Of a stretch of 64,000 nucleotides of DNA, positions 12,692-21,897 are shown in pieces (positions within the stretch are counted from its first letter, which is position 1; every line of letters begins with the position of its first letter). The notes beneath the pieces are model-generated. The model made no database searches and had not been told where the DNA came from. It worked only from the letters and a program-made list of their open reading frames with translations. Origin of the DNA: an uncultured virus (IMG/VR IMGVR_UViG_3300032038_000013) (Duplodnaviria > Heunggongvirae > Uroviricota > Caudoviricetes); the IMG/VR virus record IMGVR_UViG_3300032038_000013, one strand, 5' to 3'. A program made the position numbers and the translations under genes.

Positions 12692-12966
12692 TGAAAGATC
12701 TTACAACATTTATTATTGAGGCAGAAAAGAAAACTCAAGTTGAAACACCTGGAGAAACATGGGTTGCAATTGAAATTGTAACTCCAGATAAGAATAGTGA
12801 AGATCCAACAAAAACAAAAAGTTCAAAACGAGTAGTTTCTTATAATACATATATGGATATGAAGAAAAGCGGTCAAGCATCAAATGGTACAAAAGTTATA
12901 TCGGTAAATGCAATTAGTCCATCATGTCCATCAAAAGAAAAAGCACAAGAATATACAAAGAAATAA
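12691..12966 (+). CDS. Putative capsid-targeted internal protein
   Basis: Leader MKDLTTFIIE. Confidence 0.65.
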   Translation: MKDLTTFIIEAEKKTQVETPGETWVAIEIVTPDKNSEDPTKTKSSKRVVSYNTYMDMKKSGQASNGTKVISVNAISPSCPSKEKAQEYTKK

Positions 12967-12970
12967 TAAT

Positions 12971-13309
12971 ATGAAAGATTTAGTTGAAATTGTAAATGAA
13001 AATAGAGTAGGCCCTATTAAAAAACTTGATATGTTAACAATTATGGTTGCATATCAAATGTGGAAGGAATATAAGCTTTATGATGAGTTCTTTGGAAAGT
13101 TAGATAAAGAAGAACTTGAAGATTATAATGATTTAAATAAAAGATTAGAACAACTTGATAATGATAATTCAAGAGTTCAATGGTCATTACTTAAAAAATA
13201 TTTTAATATAATCTCAAAAACTTGTGATTATATATTAAATAGTCCTGATGATGAATTTTCAAAATCAGATAAAAAAATTTGGACAGGAATTAAAAGATAC
13301 GTATCATGA
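12971..13309 (+). CDS. Putative capsid-targeted internal protein
   Basis: Start reassigned to MKDLVEIVNE at 12971. Confidence 0.65.
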   Translation: MKDLVEIVNENRVGPIKKLDMLTIMVAYQMWKEYKLYDEFFGKLDKEELEDYNDLNKRLEQLDNDNSRVQWSLLKKYFNIISKTCDYILNSPDDEFSKSDKKIWTGIKRYVS

Positions 13310-13773
13310 AACATATAACAGATTGGATTAACGAAAATAAAGGCGAGATAAAACATTATGTTGATGGAATATTGGTATCTGATGATGAAAAGATATTGAT
13401 ATTACGTCGAGCTAACTATATGAAAAACTTTGGTGGACAATGGGGATTCGTAGGTGGCTCAGTTGACAAAAAAGATAAGAACAATAAAGAAGCAATAATT
13501 CGAGAAATTGAAGAAGAAACAAAAATCAAGTTAACTTTCAATGAACAACAAAAAATGAAAGCTATTGATAAACAAGAGCATGAAAATAATGGTTCAGTTG
13601 TTTCTGATACAGAATATTGGTTAATCAAATTAGAATCAAATCCTGATGTAAAGATTTCTCGAGAACATTCAAAATATGAATGGATAGATGCAGATACATT
13701 TAAGAACAAAACATTTAAGTTTATGCCTGATGTATTTCATTATATACAAAAGTATTTTAACGGAGACTTGTAA
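13306..13773 (+). CDS. Nudix hydrolase with capsid-targeting-like leader
   Basis: WGFVGGSVD...EAIIREIEEETKI Nudix box; ISREHSKYEW; leader MKHITDWINE. Confidence 0.85.
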   Translation: MKHITDWINENKGEIKHYVDGILVSDDEKILILRRANYMKNFGGQWGFVGGSVDKKDKNNKEAIIREIEEETKIKLTFNEQQKMKAIDKQEHENNGSVVSDTEYWLIKLESNPDVKISREHSKYEWIDADTFKNKTFKFMPDVFHYIQKYFNGDL

Positions 13774-14438
13774 TGCCATTAATTAAGAAACCAGAACAAA
13801 CAACATTAGGTCATATATTTAATCTTAAAGATTTAGATAAGAAAATATATACTGATGATGAAATAAGAGCATTCCATTTAGATGCTGCAATTGATAATCA
13901 TCCATTAGCAAGAAAACCAACATCAATGCGCTCTAAATTAGCTTATAAAGAAATATTAAGAAACTTAAGACCAGACAAAAAATATATTTTGCCTGGACAA
14001 ATTGTTTTATTTAATTATTCACAACCAAAGTTCAAAGAGGAACTTGAATATTATGATAATTACCCATTTTGTATAAGTTTCGGTATTATGAGAACTGAAG
14101 ATGGTAATATTCGTGAGTGTATGTTGAACTTACATTATTATCCACCATTTACAAGAGCTCGAATACTTGAACAGGTGTTTACCCATTTTCGCCCATATTT
14201 TGAAAAATATTTTAATGAAGCAAGCACAAAACCAAATATGATTATGTCTTATAAGATGTTGAAACATTTGTTAAAGACTAATCAAAAAATTGCATTCGGT
14301 ACAAAAATGTATATTCCTGTATTAAGAGGGGCAACATTCAATATACCTGCAAGATTATTACCAACTGCATTTTATACAGAAGGTAAATTTAGTAAAGCAA
14401 CATTACAACAAATTTTCCATTTTTGGAGACAGTTCTAA
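13773..14438 (+). CDS. T4 gp2-like DNA end protector protein
   Basis: PGQIVLFNY, LEYYDNYP and LNLHYYPP..R motifs; near the gp4-like gene as in T4-like phages. Confidence 0.7.
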   Translation: MPLIKKPEQTTLGHIFNLKDLDKKIYTDDEIRAFHLDAAIDNHPLARKPTSMRSKLAYKEILRNLRPDKKYILPGQIVLFNYSQPKFKEELEYYDNYPFCISFGIMRTEDGNIRECMLNLHYYPPFTRARILEQVFTHFRPYFEKYFNEASTKPNMIMSYKMLKHLLKTNQKIAFGTKMYIPVLRGATFNIPARLLPTAFYTEGKFSKATLQQIFHFWRQF

Positions 14439-14481
14439 ATTAATGTTTATTTTTAATAAAGTACATATATTATAAATATTT

Positions 14482-15519
14482 ATGAAAAGATTAAGTAGAA
14501 TAATTAAAGAAGGTGCACAACCTGGGAATCAAATAACTAAAACCGGTGTCACTAATCATTATACACCTATTCAAAATATATTAACAAATGTAAAGAATTT
14601 ATTCTGTTTGTTACTTGGTGTTGTTGCTGAAGTTGGTGAAGATAATGTTTCAATCAAATTATCAAGTTCACAATTTATATCAAAACAAAAGACTGAAGAA
14701 ATACTTTGGAGAGCAATGTATAATGATGTATTTACTTATGGTACAAGTTCATTATATGGTTATATAACAGCACAAGGTTTGCCAACTGTTACATTTATTA
14801 ATCTTGGTGGATATTATGTTGTTTATTTCTCACCAAATGATATAAAGACAGCTGAAGATCCTAACAAGATGGCTCTTAATGCAATGCCTGAAGCAGCAAA
14901 TGAATCAATGTTAGATGAATTTGAAATTGGTACATTTATTAAAGAAGATGATTCTGAAGAAGAAATGAAGTCAGAAACTGTTTCAAAGGTATTGGAACTT
15001 CTTGATGGACCAGATAAAGTTAAAGCTGCAAAGCAACTTGAATTACTTGTTTCTAAAGAAATTCAACTTCCACGTGAGTATTATTTCTCAGCTATTAAAT
15101 TTAAGAGCGGTGAAGAAGCAATTGCTCTTCGTTGGAAATACACTAAGAAGATGCCATTTGGTAAAGCAGAAGGTGATGGTGAATATAAAGAAACAACTGT
15201 AGAAAATACACGTTCACTTATGCATATATTTGGCAAAGGTGAAAAGGCAATTTGGGTACAAGATTTTGATGAAGACTCTTTAGTAGAATTACCTGAAGAA
15301 GTAAAGAAACTAATACAATCAATTCTTGATTTACTTGAAGCTGGTGAAACTGATAATCCATCTGTTTTCTCATTAACTGGAGAACGTAAAGAACGTAAGG
15401 ATGATGATGAAAATAAAGATGAAGACGATGACAATAATAAAGATGATGATAAAGGATCTAAATCAGATGATGACGATGATTCAGAAGATGATGATTCAAG
15501 AGGAGATGATACTTTGTAA
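14482..15519 (+). CDS. Putative internal head/core protein with acidic tail
   Basis: Leader MKRLSRIIKE; D-rich C-terminus. Confidence 0.6.
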   Translation: MKRLSRIIKEGAQPGNQITKTGVTNHYTPIQNILTNVKNLFCLLLGVVAEVGEDNVSIKLSSSQFISKQKTEEILWRAMYNDVFTYGTSSLYGYITAQGLPTVTFINLGGYYVVYFSPNDIKTAEDPNKMALNAMPEAANESMLDEFEIGTFIKEDDSEEEMKSETVSKVLELLDGPDKVKAAKQLELLVSKEIQLPREYYFSAIKFKSGEEAIALRWKYTKKMPFGKAEGDGEYKETTVENTRSLMHIFGKGEKAIWVQDFDEDSLVELPEEVKKLIQSILDLLEAGETDNPSVFSLTGERKERKDDDENKDEDDDNNKDDDKGSKSDDDDDSEDDDSRGDDTL

Positions 15520-15521
15520 TT

Positions 15522-15881
15522 ATGAAAGATCTTAAGTTATTCTTAGAAGGCAAAACAATTGAAGAAGTAACAGTAAAAGATGTCAAAACAAAAAAAAAAG
15601 TTGACGTTGTAGATTATTGTTATGATAAAGAATCATTAGATAAAGTAACTGACCAATATGAGCATGTTGGCAAATATTGGATTGATAAATATTTTTATCT
15701 TGCAAGATTAAAGAATAAATCCACATGGACAATAAATACTGATGAAGAATGGAATGTTCATACATGGCGTCCTAATGGGGATTTTCTTGAGCGTGATGAA
15801 AATGAAGAAGAATATACTTATAAAGAACTTCTTGAATTACTTGAAAAAGGAGAAACAATGTTGATTGTTATAAATAAATAA
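15522..15881 (+). CDS. Putative capsid-targeted internal protein
   Basis: Leader MKDLKLFLE. Confidence 0.6.
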   Translation: MKDLKLFLEGKTIEEVTVKDVKTKKKVDVVDYCYDKESLDKVTDQYEHVGKYWIDKYFYLARLKNKSTWTINTDEEWNVHTWRPNGDFLERDENEEEYTYKELLELLEKGETMLIVINK

Positions 15882-15889
15882 ACAATATT

Positions 15890-16255
15890 ATGAAAGACAT
15901 AAAAAATTTTATATTAGAATCAACAAAAGAAATAACAGTTATGCCTAGTCAAGAAGGATATATTGATGAAATTGATTTATCAGTTGATGATAATGACATA
16001 TCAAAAAATACAATTAAAAAATTAGAAAAATATTTTCCAACAGATATTCCTGTTCATTTATATAATGATTATGATTGGGATAAAATATTAGATCATTTAT
16101 GGGATGAATGTACTGACGATAAAAAAGTTGATGAAATAGAAGACAATAATTCAACAATATTTGGTATATACAAATATAATGATAACTATATTGCAACATT
16201 AGAAGACGAATTCAATACACAAGCAATAATTATATCGGGAGAATTTAAATTATAA
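15890..16255 (+). CDS. Putative capsid-targeted internal protein (acidic)
   Basis: First 12 aa MKDIKNFILEST identical to the 12087 ORF. Confidence 0.65.
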   Translation: MKDIKNFILESTKEITVMPSQEGYIDEIDLSVDDNDISKNTIKKLEKYFPTDIPVHLYNDYDWDKILDHLWDECTDDKKVDEIEDNNSTIFGIYKYNDNYIATLEDEFNTQAIIISGEFKL

Positions 16256-16274
16256 AAATATATAGAACGACATA

Positions 16275-16472
16275 ATGAAATCATTACAAGAGTTTATTAC
16301 AGAAGCCGAATCTTCAGAAGATGTTTATGTAGTATACATGGGTGATGGAACAATGGAGAATTTCTATTATTCCGAAGATGAAGCTCAAGCAAAGGTTGAT
16401 GAATTGAATAAAGAAAATGCCGATGCTAAAGCTAGTTTCAAAAAGGAAGCTAAATCAAAAATTGAAAAATAA
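16275..16472 (+). CDS. Putative capsid-targeted internal protein
   Basis: Leader MKSLQEFITE, compare T4 IPII/IPIII MKTYQEFIAE. Confidence 0.7.
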   Translation: MKSLQEFITEAESSEDVYVVYMGDGTMENFYYSEDEAQAKVDELNKENADAKASFKKEAKSKIEK

Positions 16473-16479
16473 TAAATAT

Positions 16480-16504
16480 AGGTTGAACATAGGTTCAACC
16501 TTTT
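16480..16504 (+). terminator. Intrinsic terminator closing the leader-gene array
   Basis: aggttgaac-atag-gttcaacct followed by ttt. Confidence 0.8.
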
Positions 16505-16526
16505 CTATTTATAAATAAATGTATTT

Positions 16527-17531
16527 GTGATAATAGTGAAACATATAATAATATTTGGAGGCGCTGGTTTTATTGGTACAAATTTAATAAAGTATTTATT
16601 ATCAGATAAGAATAATAAAATTTTATGTATTGATAGTTTACAAACTGGTCGTGAAACTAATTTAAAAGATTTTACAAATAATAAAAACTTCTTATTTAAT
16701 ATAATTGATATAACAAATTATTTTGCATACGATCATACTAAAGATATAATTGTAAATTCGTTTGATAATCAAGTTGATGAAATTTATAATTTAGCGTGTC
16801 CAGCATCTCCACCTAAATATATGAAAAATCCATTACATACAATTAAGACATCATTAGCTGTTATGTGGATTTGTAAATTAGCAAAAGAATATAATGCAAA
16901 AATTTTACATGCATCAACATCAGAAGTATATGGAAATCCAGATATTTATCATCACCCACAAAACGAAGAATATCATGGTAATGTTAATATAATTGGACCA
17001 CGTTCTTGTTATGATGAAGGCAAACGTATTGCTGAAACAATATTGTATGAATATCATAAATTAGGTGTTAAATGTAAAATCATTCGAATATTCAATACTT
17101 ATGGACCACACATGGATCCTAATGATGGCCGTGTAATTTCTAATTTTGTTTGTCAAGCATTATTGAATAAAGATATAACAATATATGGAGATGGTACACA
17201 AACTAGATCATTTCAATATGTTGATGATTTAATACATGGAATGACAGAATTTATGAAAATTGATAATGAAATGGGTCCAGTGAATATTGGTAATCCTGGA
17301 GAATTTACAATGATAGAATTAGCAAATCTTGTATTAAAGTTAATTCCTGAAAGTAAATCAAAGATTGTTTTCAAAGAATTGCCTAAAGATGATCCTATTC
17401 AACGTAAAGCAGATATATCTAAAGCATTTGATATGTTTGGATATAAACCAAGAATTTCATTAGAAGAAGGTTTAAAAAAGACAATTAATTACTTTAATGT
17501 TGAATTAAATTCTATTAAATTTCTATATTAA
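16527..17531 (+). CDS. UDP-glucuronate decarboxylase (UDP-xylose synthase)-like extended SDR
   Basis: GGAGFIG, IYNLACPASP, ASTSEVYG, RSCYDEGKR, RIFNTYGP, GTQTRSFQYV, DDPIQRK. Confidence 0.9.
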   Translation: MIIVKHIIIFGGAGFIGTNLIKYLLSDKNNKILCIDSLQTGRETNLKDFTNNKNFLFNIIDITNYFAYDHTKDIIVNSFDNQVDEIYNLACPASPPKYMKNPLHTIKTSLAVMWICKLAKEYNAKILHASTSEVYGNPDIYHHPQNEEYHGNVNIIGPRSCYDEGKRIAETILYEYHKLGVKCKIIRIFNTYGPHMDPNDGRVISNFVCQALLNKDITIYGDGTQTRSFQYVDDLIHGMTEFMKIDNEMGPVNIGNPGEFTMIELANLVLKLIPESKSKIVFKELPKDDPIQRKADISKAFDMFGYKPRISLEEGLKKTINYFNVELNSIKFLY

Positions 17532-17555
17532 ATTTGTTAAAGAAATTAAATAATA

Positions 17556-17938
17556 TGATAGGTACATATAAAGAATTTTATAAATTTGTTAGCATAATGG
17601 CTCCTTTTATTAAAGATTTATGGGCAGATTTTAATAATCGTCCAGATCCTAAGGAAGGAGATATGTTTAGAATTATGTGGCCATATAAATTGTCAGATAT
17701 TGAAATGTCAGTAATGCATACTATTCCAATGATAGAATGTAAATTTATAAGAGTTGATTTTGATCCTGAATTTAAGAATGGAGTAGCATTTTATTATGTA
17801 TTTGATAATAAAGGAGAAGAACTTAAAATTCATTCGATTAATGATGTGTATGATATTGACAAATTAAGAGATGAAGATCATTGGGATTTATTTGGTTTTT
17901 GGACACATTGTGAACCTTTAGATAAAAAAGAAGTATGA
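17556..17938 (+). CDS. Hypothetical protein
   Basis: ORF in the operon; ATG start uncertain. Confidence 0.6.
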
Positions 17939-18405
17939 AAGTTTTTAGATTAAGACATAAACAATATAAGGGAGATGTAATATTTGGTTTACCACCTACA
18001 TATTGTAAGAAAGTTGGAGAAAAGAAGATAAATGAATTATTAGGAAGTATTAAACCATGGAAACATGCAATTCCATATTACAAAAAATCAAAATTTGCTT
18101 TTGTTTCTGCTGGAGCATTAAATTCATTTTTGTTTTTATCTAACACATTAACATCAGAAGAATATAACAGTATTTGTGATAATTTTTATATTGAAGAATT
18201 AGAAATCAATATTTGGAGTGCAGGTTTATCAAAACTTTTATGTACATATTTTGATGATGAAGTTGAAGAAGGAACATTAGTAAATCATACAATTGATGAA
18301 GTCAGAAATTGGACAGTTAAATTTGTTTATCAAGATGCTGTTCCAAAAGAAGATATAAAGTTTGTCAAAGAAGCTTATTATAAAGGAGTTAAAACGTATT
18401 ATTAA
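17935..18405 (+). CDS. Hypothetical protein
   Basis: ATGA overlap with the previous gene. Confidence 0.7.
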   Translation: MKVFRLRHKQYKGDVIFGLPPTYCKKVGEKKINELLGSIKPWKHAIPYYKKSKFAFVSAGALNSFLFLSNTLTSEEYNSICDNFYIEELEINIWSAGLSKLLCTYFDDEVEEGTLVNHTIDEVRNWTVKFVYQDAVPKEDIKFVKEAYYKGVKTYY

Positions 18406-18418
18406 ATTTTTAAACATT

Positions 18419-18916
18419 ATGAATTTTAGTGGAAATAAATTTTTGTTTAAAGAGTTAGTTGACACATTTATGTATACTACAGCAACTCAAAATAGAGATG
18501 TATACACAGATGTAAGTATTAATGGTAGACATTATAGAAAGTACGGTACATTGCAGGCTGTTGCATTTGTAGGTAACTTATATAAAGTCGGTGTTCCTTC
18601 AGAGGGATACTTAAATTTGAATGGGCAAAAGACTTCTCTAAAGCCTGTAAAAAATCAAGAGAAGACAATTTTAGTAATTGGAATGTCAAAGCAACATCCT
18701 TATGATACAAAGATTAACAAGGAAGTTGGATATGAAATTGCTACTGAAAATATGTTGACGGATCCATGTATCACAATTGAAGTACAAGGAAAGTTTAACT
18801 ATCGTCGTTTCAAGAATATAGTTGAAAATTACTTGAACACAATGAAGCTTGAGTTTATTAAAACAAAGGCTGAGATAATTGCTGAAGGCAAGGATCCAAA
18901 AAATTACAATCGTTAA
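18419..18916 (+). CDS. Hypothetical protein
   Basis: ORF; likely start MNFSG. Confidence 0.7.
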   Translation: MNFSGNKFLFKELVDTFMYTTATQNRDVYTDVSINGRHYRKYGTLQAVAFVGNLYKVGVPSEGYLNLNGQKTSLKPVKNQEKTILVIGMSKQHPYDTKINKEVGYEIATENMLTDPCITIEVQGKFNYRRFKNIVENYLNTMKLEFIKTKAEIIAEGKDPKNYNR

Positions 18917-18920
18917 AAAC

Positions 18921-19517
18921 ATGTTTATAAACAGTTTAATGAACAAGTTCGGATATTCTGAGATGTATGAATGGTCCGAACTTTTTAAGTTTGATATAGT
19001 TCCTTATGGTAGATTTGTTACTTTTGATGAAAAGGAACCCGGAAAAATCAAATTAGCAAATAAAGAAGATTATCCTATTGGTGTTACAACTATCAATACA
19101 GTTGTAACATCTGATGATCCTGAAGAATGGCAAGGAAAATATCTTTGTAATGAATATGGAGATTGTTTCTTACAGGAAAAGGATAAAGCAGTTGCAGTAA
19201 ATGCATATGACGATATTAATGAAATGCCTTATATTGCAACATATAAAGATACTGAAGTTGTTCCAGTTATAAATGAACAATTTGATAAATCAAGAATTTA
19301 CAAAAAGCGTTCAGATAGACCTGAATGGGTAAGAGTAAATTTATTAGGTAAATGTATTGTGGTTGATGATGGAACATGTCAGCCAGGTCAATTATGTACT
19401 GTAGGTGAAAATGGAATAGCAATTCCTGATAAAACACCAAACAATTGGCCTTATGTAAATAAGTTTAGAGTTATTGATAGATTAACTGAAAATACTATTA
19501 TGATTTTCTATAAATAA
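18921..19517 (+). CDS. Stand-alone peptidase G2-like (intramolecular chaperone autocleavage) domain protein
   Basis: YSEMYEW, G.FVT, EWQGKYL.NEYG, R..RPEW..V.LLGK..V.DDGTC..G. Confidence 0.75.
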   Translation: MFINSLMNKFGYSEMYEWSELFKFDIVPYGRFVTFDEKEPGKIKLANKEDYPIGVTTINTVVTSDDPEEWQGKYLCNEYGDCFLQEKDKAVAVNAYDDINEMPYIATYKDTEVVPVINEQFDKSRIYKKRSDRPEWVRVNLLGKCIVVDDGTCQPGQLCTVGENGIAIPDKTPNNWPYVNKFRVIDRLTENTIMIFYK

Positions 19518-19532
19518 ATATCTTTTAATTGA

Positions 19533-20450
19533 ATGAAAGATAAAGTAAGTATTATTACAACTTTTTATAATTGCGAAAACTATATTTTAAAATGCATTAA
19601 TAGTGTATGGAACCAAGAAATTTCTGATAATTTTGATATTGAATATATTTTAATAGATGATAATTCAGAAGATAAAACCCATGAAATTATTGATATATTT
19701 TTCAAAGAGTATGGGCAATTGGGAAGTTGTACATATAAAATAATTAAGACTCCGCAAAATCTTGGGTGCGGCGGTGCTCGAAATTTTGGCATAGCAAATT
19801 CAACTGGAAATTATATAATGTTCTTAGATGCAGATGATTATTATATTCATAATGATTTTGTATTAAGAGCTTATAATATGATGGTTGAACATAATGCAGA
19901 TATAATTGAATTTGGTATTAAATATATTAATCAAAATGGAGAACGCGAAAATCTTGTTGCTAATAAAACATTCGTTATAAACAATAATCATGTTGGTAAT
20001 CTTTCAGTAATGTTTTATGATAACTTAATTAAATTTATGCCATGGACAAAAATATTAAAACGTTCAATAGTTGAAACAAGACCATACGATACATCAAGAA
20101 CATTTGAGGATATTCGTACAACTCCATATTGGGTATATAATGCAAGTAAGATAATTATTGCAAATACAATTGAAATTAATTATAGAGCAGCACAAGGATC
20201 TATAATTAGAGAAAATCCTAATGATACAAGATTAGGTACAGTTGCGGCAATTGCAAGTTTGTTTGAAGATTTTAGTACAAATAAGGATATATTAAAAGCA
20301 ATGTATGATAGATGTTTAGTTGATTTAAGAACTATGACAATGGTTGATTCTGATAGTGATTATTTCAAAGAAATGTCAAAATTAAATACAAAAATGCTTA
20401 GTTATATATATCCAGATGATTATGAAAAAAGAACATTTAATTTAGAATAA
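19533..20450 (+). CDS. Glycosyltransferase family 2
   Basis: VSIIT..YN.E, IDDNSED, GGARNFGI, FLDADD. Confidence 0.9.
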   Translation: MKDKVSIITTFYNCENYILKCINSVWNQEISDNFDIEYILIDDNSEDKTHEIIDIFFKEYGQLGSCTYKIIKTPQNLGCGGARNFGIANSTGNYIMFLDADDYYIHNDFVLRAYNMMVEHNADIIEFGIKYINQNGERENLVANKTFVINNNHVGNLSVMFYDNLIKFMPWTKILKRSIVETRPYDTSRTFEDIRTTPYWVYNASKIIIANTIEINYRAAQGSIIRENPNDTRLGTVAAIASLFEDFSTNKDILKAMYDRCLVDLRTMTMVDSDSDYFKEMSKLNTKMLSYIYPDDYEKRTFNLE

Positions 20451-20498
20451 TTGCATTGTTAAAACTATTTAAATTTATAAATATATGTTAAAATTTGA

Positions 20499-21281
20499 AT
20501 GAAGTGTTATAACGCATTTGGCATAAAGCCAACCAATACTTATACATCAGCTGGAACTGATTATTATATTCCAAACTTAGATACACCTGAAAAGGTTGAA
20601 CTTGCTTATAAAGCATTTGAAAAATCATACGGAAAAACACACGAATATATTAAAGGCATTGCACAAAGATTTAATATTGTTCTTGCTGATAAAAATTCAA
20701 ATATTCCTGTAGAACAAATTCCAAATTTGGTACATTTATTTTTTGCAGTATATAATCCTGACCTTGAGGAAGTCAAGAATACATCAATATTAATGGCTAT
20801 TGATTATTTTATTAGTGAATTTGTTATTTATGATGAAACAAATAATAAAGTAGGTGTTAAGATGCATCTTAACGATACATTATTTATTAATTCAGGTATT
20901 AAGGTTGCATTAGATACTGTTCTTAGTGATAAAACTGGTCCAAACCCAACACATTTAGTTGATTTATTTAGATTACTTGGAATTGGTGTTGCAGGATTAT
21001 ATGTAAATAAGTCAGGTAATGGTAATAAAGGATGGGATGTTCGCGCTTGTCTTGTTGATGAAGATTATGCAGGATTTGTTCACCTTTCAATGTCATATAC
21101 AAAAGAAGTAATTGAAGATAAACAAAACATTGTTTATTGTGGTGATAAATTAACACAAATGATGTTGATTCCTGTTTTCCATGATGAATATGTCGAAACT
21201 GATGAAGATAATTATAATAAGATTATGGAAAACTCGCAAAGAGGAGATAAAGGTTTTGGAAGTTCAGATGTAAAGCATTAA
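20499..21281 (+). CDS. dut: Trimeric dUTPase-like protein with a large insertion
   Basis: SAGTD, KSG, LVDEDYAG, GDKLTQ, RGDKGFGSS. Confidence 0.8.
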   Translation: MKCYNAFGIKPTNTYTSAGTDYYIPNLDTPEKVELAYKAFEKSYGKTHEYIKGIAQRFNIVLADKNSNIPVEQIPNLVHLFFAVYNPDLEEVKNTSILMAIDYFISEFVIYDETNNKVGVKMHLNDTLFINSGIKVALDTVLSDKTGPNPTHLVDLFRLLGIGVAGLYVNKSGNGNKGWDVRACLVDEDYAGFVHLSMSYTKEVIEDKQNIVYCGDKLTQMMLIPVFHDEYVETDEDNYNKIMENSQRGDKGFGSSDVKH

Positions 21282-21492
21282 ATTATGATTGAAGAAGAAG
21301 TAACAGTATATTCAAGCTGTGGAGATCCTAATGATACAATATACGATCACAAAATCAAATTAAGATATTTCAAAGTTACTGATAATATTGAACTTCATAT
21401 TGATGATAAATATATTATATCATTTGATGATATGTATATTGATGATGTTCTTGCTTTATTTCAAAGATTTAATAATATAGTATATCCAAGAC

Positions 21493-21897
21493 ATGAGTAA
21501 AATTGAATGTAGTATTGGAGATATTCCAAAAGAAATACTTTGGAGTGATTTATTTGAATTTAGACTTAAATCTGGTGATATTAGATTTACTGAATGTGTA
21601 AGTCATGTTGCATTTGGTAATGAAAGGAATATGATATATATTTCAGTCATTGATTGGAGTGATGATTATAATGTTATTGAATTTGTAAAACAAGAAAGTT
21701 TTAATGATGGCATTGAAGTTGTTTTAGCAGATAGAGATGGTTCTGTTGTTGGAATGTTTGAATTTGATGAGTGTATTATTAAAGATATTGCTCCAATAAT
21801 TTTAGATTATTGTGGTAATTATAAGACTCCACAAAATCGTTATGTTGTTGCAATTGAATATAATAAAGTTTATAAAATAAAACCAGATGAAGAATAA
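21493..21897 (+). CDS. Possible tail-tube (gp19-like) fold protein
   Basis: V.L.DRDG.VV..F.F..C....I....LDY pattern resembles tube proteins. Confidence 0.4.
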   Translation: MSKIECSIGDIPKEILWSDLFEFRLKSGDIRFTECVSHVAFGNERNMIYISVIDWSDDYNVIEFVKQESFNDGIEVVLADRDGSVVGMFEFDECIIKDIAPIILDYCGNYKTPQNRYVVAIEYNKVYKIKPDEE

